DNA from: Escherichia coli
GTDB taxonomy: Bacteria > Pseudomonadota > Gammaproteobacteria > Enterobacterales > Enterobacteriaceae
NCBI RefSeq assembly: GCF_036505855.1
Contig: NZ_AP027829.1
DNA length: 32,000 nt
Reading direction: 5' to 3' (one strand)
The notes under the pieces are model-generated. The model ran no database searches. It worked only from the letters and a program-made list of their open reading frames with translations, and was not told the origin of the DNA. Shown here piece by piece: positions 18,023-32,000 of the stretch. Within the stretch, counting starts at the first letter, position 1. The number at the start of each line of letters is the position of its first letter. Both the position numbers and the translations under genes were made by a program.

Positions 18023-18095
18023 CCGGGGACAACCGGTTGAGCACAGTAACGGCCTGCCGCTCATCATGTACAGAAAACATCATCAATATCGCCTG

Positions 18096-22188
<4,093 letters not shown>

Positions 22189-22190
22189 CT

Positions 22191-22213
22191 AAAAAGGCGT
22201 CCCGAAAGACGCC
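22191..22213 (-). terminator. rho-independent terminator downstream of the major coat gene
   Basis: The minus strand reads GGCGTC-TTTCGG-GACGCC-TTTTT. This is the same position as the strong post-gVIII terminator of Ff phages. Confidence 0.7.
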
Positions 22214-22224
22214 ATAACATAATA

Positions 22225-25749
<3,525 letters not shown>

Positions 25750-25750
<1 letters not shown>

Positions 25751-25756
25751 TTTTTT
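25750..25756 (-). other. IS2 programmed -1 frameshift slippery heptamer A6G (OrfAB fusion)
   Basis: The minus strand reads AAAAAAG within the insC/insD overlap. Confidence 0.7.
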
Positions 25757-26162
25757 GTCCGTCCATATTCAACGGCTTCTTTGAGGAGTTCATTTTCCAT
25801 CGTTTTCTTGCCGAGCAGGCGCTGGAGTTCTTTAATCTGCTTCATGGCGGCAGCAAGCTCAGAGGCAGGAACAACCTGTTCTCCGGCGGCGACAGCAGTA
25901 AGACTTCCTTCCTGGTATTGCTTACGCCAGAGAAATAACTGGCTGGCTGCTACACCATGTTGCCGGGCAACGAGGGAGACCGTCATCCCCGGTTCAAAGC
26001 TCTGCTGAACAATTGCGATCTTTTCCTGTGTGGTACGCCGTCTGCGTTTCTCCGGCCCTAAGACATCAATCATCTGTTCTCCAATGACTAGTCTAAAAAC
26101 TAGTATTAAGACTATCACTTATTTAAGTGATATTGGTTGTCTGGAGATTCAGGGGGCCAGTC

Positions 26163-28547
<2,385 letters not shown>

Positions 28548-28605
28548 AGCCTCGATGATGGGCGTATTATAACCAACTAAAATAGTCAACTATTAGGCCA
28601 TTACT

Positions 28606-29181
28606 ATGATCCGTATTTCCGATGCTGCACAAGCGCACTTTGCCAAACTGCTGGCAAACCAGGAAGAAGGGACACAAATCCGCGTATTTGTGATTAACCC
28701 TGGCACGCCTAACGCTGAATGTGGTGTTTCTTATTGTCCGCCGGATGCCGTGGAAGCCACCGACACTGCCCTGAAATTTGACCTGCTGACCGCGTATGTT
28801 GATGAGTTAAGCGCTCCTTACCTGGAAGATGCAGAGATCGATTTTGTTACCGACCAGTTGGGTTCTCAGCTAACACTGAAAGCCCCGAACGCCAAAATGC
28901 GTAAAGTGGCAGACGATGCACCGCTGATGGAGCGCGTGGAGTATATGCTGCAGTCGCAGATCAACCCACAGCTTGCTGGTCACGGTGGTCGCGTTTCGCT
29001 GATGGAAATCACCGAAGACGGTTACGCCATTCTGCAATTTGGCGGCGGCTGTAACGGTTGTTCCATGGTCGATGTGACGCTGAAAGAAGGGATCGAGAAG
29101 CAGCTGCTGAACGAATTCCCGGAGCTGAAAGGTGTGCGCGATCTCACCGAACACCAGCGCGGCGAACACTCCTACTACTAA
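28606..29181 (+). CDS. nfuA: Fe/S biogenesis protein NfuA
   Basis: A 191-aa ORF with an A-type N-domain and an Nfu C-domain carrying CNGC (GGGCNGCSM). Confidence 0.95.
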
Positions 29182-29190
29182 GTTATCCCG

Positions 29191-29239
<49 letters not shown>

Positions 29240-29364
29240 GTTGAACATGTGCCAGACGTTGGCGCAGCCTTGCTTTGGCAAATCCTCGGTTCGTTTCCCC
29301 GCGATAATATGACCAACCTCTCATAATTTAAATTTACCCCGCTCTGGTGATTCTCAAACGCCAG

Positions 29365-29380
29365 ATGTTACCCGTATCAT
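29365..29380. promoter_or_regulatory. GntR operator 1 of gntT
   Basis: ATGTTACCCGTATCAT fits the recalled GntR consensus ATGTTA-N4-TAACAT. Confidence 0.55.
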
Positions 29381-29505
29381 TCACATGGGTACCAAACATA
29401 CTCCTGACATCTGACTACAATAATTAGTTTTAGTGGGTATCAGTCGTGGTGCCGCAATATCTCTGTTCCCGATTGGGATAATTAGAGTTTGTCGTCAGAA
29501 AATTG

Positions 29506-29521
29506 ACGTTACCCATAACAA
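29506..29521. promoter_or_regulatory. GntR operator 2 of gntT
   Basis: ACGTTACCCATAACAA is a second half-palindromic GntR-like site just upstream of the gntT start. Confidence 0.5.
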
Positions 29522-29540
29522 ATGAAAGGCCAGGTAAATC

Positions 29541-30857
29541 ATGCCATTAGTCATTGTTGCTATCGGTGTAATCTTGTTGTTGCTCCTGATGATCCGCTTC
29601 AAAATGAACGGCTTCATCGCTCTCGTCCTCGTGGCGCTTGCTGTTGGATTAATGCAAGGAATGCCGCTGGATAAAGTTATTGGCTCCATCAAAGCCGGTG
29701 TCGGCGGGACGCTCGGTAGCCTTGCCCTGATCATGGGTTTTGGCGCAATGCTGGGCAAAATGCTGGCAGACTGCGGTGGCGCACAACGTATCGCCACCAC
29801 GCTGATTGCCAAATTTGGTAAAAAACACATCCAGTGGGCGGTGGTACTGACCGGTTTTACCGTTGGTTTTGCCCTGTTCTATGAAGTGGGCTTTGTGCTG
29901 ATGCTGCCGCTGGTGTTTACCATCGCGGCTTCTGCGAATATTCCACTGCTGTATGTTGGTGTACCAATGGCAGCTGCACTGTCTGTGACCCACGGCTTCC
30001 TGCCACCGCATCCGGGTCCGACTGCGATTGCCACCATTTTCAATGCCGATATGGGTAAAACCCTGCTGTACGGTACTATTCTGGCAATCCCGACCGTGAT
30101 TCTCGCCGGTCCGGTTTACGCTCGCGTGTTGAAAGGTATCGATAAGCCAATTCCGGAAGGTCTCTACAGCGCGAAAACCTTCAGTGAAGAAGAGATGCCG
30201 AGCTTTGGCGTCAGCGTCTGGACCTCTCTGGTGCCGGTAGTACTGATGGCGATGCGTGCGATTGCCGAAATGATCCTGCCGAAAGGTCACGCTTTCCTGC
30301 CGGTAGCGGAGTTCCTCGGTGACCCGGTAATGGCTACGCTGATTGCCGTGCTGATTGCGATGTTCACCTTTGGTCTAAACCGTGGTCGTTCAATGGATCA
30401 GATTAACGACACGCTGGTTTCTTCCATCAAAATCATTGCGATGATGCTGTTGATCATCGGTGGTGGCGGTGCGTTCAAGCAGGTGCTGGTAGACAGCGGC
30501 GTGGACAAATACATTGCTTCCATGATGCACGAAACCAACATTTCTCCGCTGCTGATGGCCTGGTCGATTGCTGCCGTACTGCGTATCGCGCTGGGTTCCG
30601 CAACCGTTGCGGCAATCACTGCGGGTGGTATCGCGGCACCGCTGATTGCAACGACGGGTGTTAGCCCGGAGCTGATGGTTATTGCGGTTGGTTCCGGTAG
30701 TGTGATTTTCTCTCATGTGAACGATCCGGGCTTCTGGCTGTTCAAAGAGTACTTTAACCTGACTATCGGCGAGACCATCAAATCCTGGTCGATGCTGGAA
30801 ACCATTATCTCGGTGTGCGGTCTGGTAGGCTGTCTGCTGCTGAATATGGTGATTTGA
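29541..30857 (+). CDS. gntT: high-affinity gluconate:H+ symporter GntT
   Basis: A 438-aa polytopic GntP-family permease (MPLVIVAIGVILLLLLMIRFKMNGF). Confidence 0.95.
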   Translation: MPLVIVAIGVILLLLLMIRFKMNGFIALVLVALAVGLMQGMPLDKVIGSIKAGVGGTLGSLALIMGFGAMLGKMLADCGGAQRIATTLIAKFGKKHIQWAVVLTGFTVGFALFYEVGFVLMLPLVFTIAASANIPLLYVGVPMAAALSVTHGFLPPHPGPTAIATIFNADMGKTLLYGTILAIPTVILAGPVYARVLKGIDKPIPEGLYSAKTFSEEEMPSFGVSVWTSLVPVVLMAMRAIAEMILPKGHAFLPVAEFLGDPVMATLIAVLIAMFTFGLNRGRSMDQINDTLVSSIKIIAMMLLIIGGGGAFKQVLVDSGVDKYIASMMHETNISPLLMAWSIAAVLRIALGSATVAAITAGGIAAPLIATTGVSPELMVIAVGSGSVIFSHVNDPGFWLFKEYFNLTIGETIKSWSMLETIISVCGLVGCLLLNMVI

Positions 30858-30868
30858 TAACACTGACT

Positions 30869-30956
30869 GCCGGATGCGGCGTGACCGCCTTATCCGGCCT
30901 ACGATTCGGGATGAATTAGTAGGCCGGATAAGACGCGTCAAGCATCGCATCCGGCA
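30869..30956. repeat. BIME: two inverted REP elements
   Basis: GCCGGATGCGGCGTGACCGCCTTATCCGGCCTAC (30869-30902) and GTAGGCCGGATAAGACGCGTCAAGCATCGCATCCGGCA (30919-30956). Confidence 0.75.
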
Positions 30957-30967
30957 TCAACCGCACT

Positions 30968-32000
30968 CTACTTCTTCTTCGCTGCAGCTCTGCGGCGTCT
31001 GTCCAAATCCTTCAGCAACTTGTTCACGCCATCATCGGCAAACATCGACTCAAGCGTTGCGGAAAGCTTGCGTCGCCAGTTTTTATACTGGTAACTGGTG
31101 CCAGGAATATTCACCGGTTCGGCCATATCCAGCCAGTCTTCCGGCTGTAGTCCTAACAGAGCACTGTTACTGTCGGCAATGTAGCGCTGCAAACCTCGAT
31201 TAAGCGTCGGCGTCATCGACATCAACGATGCCTTATGCCCGGCACGTTTTGGCAGGCAACCATATTTATGCAGAGCATCCAGCAGTCCTTGTTTCGCCAG
31301 TTCACGATCCTGATACAGACCGCGCAGTACCACTTCATCCGGATACAGCCCCAGGGTTTTGCCCAGCGTTAGATCCCCGCTCTCCCAGTAGCCGCGTAGC
31401 GTAGGCAGGTCATGTGTCGCCGCAACCGCCATCGACTGCTCCGGATACGCTTTCGGTGCACGGAACGTCTTCTCGTGGTCGTTTTCGAAATAGAGCACTT
31501 TGTAGGAGTACACACCGCTGCTGCGCAGCTTACCGACAATCTCTACCGGTACGGTACCGAGATCTTCACCAATCACCATACAGCGATGACGTTTACTTTC
31601 GAGTGCCAGAATCGAGAGCAGATCATCCACCGGATAGTGAACATACGCGCCCTGATCTGCCGTCTCGCCATACGGTATCCACCACAAACGCAGCATCGAC
31701 ATCACATGGTCAATTCGTAATGCGCCGCAGTTTTGCATATTGGCACGCAACAGCTCGATAAACGGTTCATAGGCACGCGCGGTGATGATATGCGGGTCCA
31801 TTGGCGGTAATCCCCAGTTCTGCCCCAACGGGCCGAGGATATCCGGCGGCGCGCCAACCGACGCTTTCAGGCAATATAGTTCACGGTCACACCAGGTTTC
31901 CGCCCCACCTTCCGCTACGCCAACCGCCAGATCACGATACAAGCCAATCGGCATTTCATAGCCCTGGCTTATCTCCCAGCAGGCGGCAAACTGGCTGTAA
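30968..32000 (-). CDS. malQ: 4-alpha-glucanotransferase (amylomaltase) MalQ, C-terminal part; the N-terminus lies beyond the window
   Basis: The ORF is open to the window end. WGLPPMDP and THDLPTLRGYW are GH77 motifs. Confidence 0.92.
   Translation of the reverse strand, partial: YSQFAACWEISQGYEMPIGLYRDLAVGVAEGGAETWCDRELYCLKASVGAPPDILGPLGQNWGLPPMDPHIITARAYEPFIELLRANMQNCGALRIDHVMSMLRLWWIPYGETADQGAYVHYPVDDLLSILALESKRHRCMVIGEDLGTVPVEIVGKLRSSGVYSYKVLYFENDHEKTFRAPKAYPEQSMAVAATHDLPTLRGYWESGDLTLGKTLGLYPDEVVLRGLYQDRELAKQGLLDALHKYGCLPKRAGHKASLMSMTPTLNRGLQRYIADSNSALLGLQPEDWLDMAEPVNIPGTSYQYKNWRRKLSATLESMFADDGVNKLLKDLDRRRRAAAKKK

Noticed and set aside
29649-31761. Antisense ORFs within gntT and malQ (29649-30290, 30390-30950, 30874-31203, 31412-31761)
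   Set aside because: They are shadow ORFs of highly expressed-type genes or of REP-containing intergenic DNA. No start signals are present.

Overview
This is E. coli/Shigella-type chromosome covering hslO, yhgE, pck, envZ, ompR, greB, yhgF, feoABC, rpnA (yhgA), bioH, then gntX, nfuA, gntT and malQ. The backbone genes look ordinary. A 12.9-kb element (14966-27854) sits in the short divergent bioH-gntX spacer, flanked by a 2-bp direct repeat (AG on the plus strand, CT in element orientation). The element is a compact Ff-like filamentous (inovirus) prophage with its phage genes on the minus strand (two small putative ORFs in the AT-rich left arm are on the plus strand). The gene order is HUH rep (gII position), a gV-position gene, gVII/gIX-like mini-ORFs, gVIII coat, terminator, gIII, gVI, gI (Zot), a TraX-like acyltransferase, 2.9 copies of a 339-bp structured repeat, and a gIV secretin. 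An AT-rich left arm follows. An IS2 with a 5-bp ACGGT target duplication splits the rep gene. The right end carries an IS110-family DEDD recombinase preceded by a 188-nt non-coding leader. On paper this leader folds into two stem/internal-loop modules. The arms of one module match both halves of the bioH-gntX target on opposite strands. An arm of the other module matches the element terminus. This is the architecture reported for IS110/IS621 bridge RNAs, so the main hypothesis is a filamentous phage that integrates through a bridge-RNA-guided IS110 recombinase. Secondary points are a ColE1 primosome-assembly-site-like segment repeated three times in the phage intergenic region, a possible TraX/coat-protein acetylation pairing, a consensus CRP palindrome at the element's left tip, and unannotated mini-ORFs. 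All calls come from reading the sequence and from recalled family knowledge; no searches were run.
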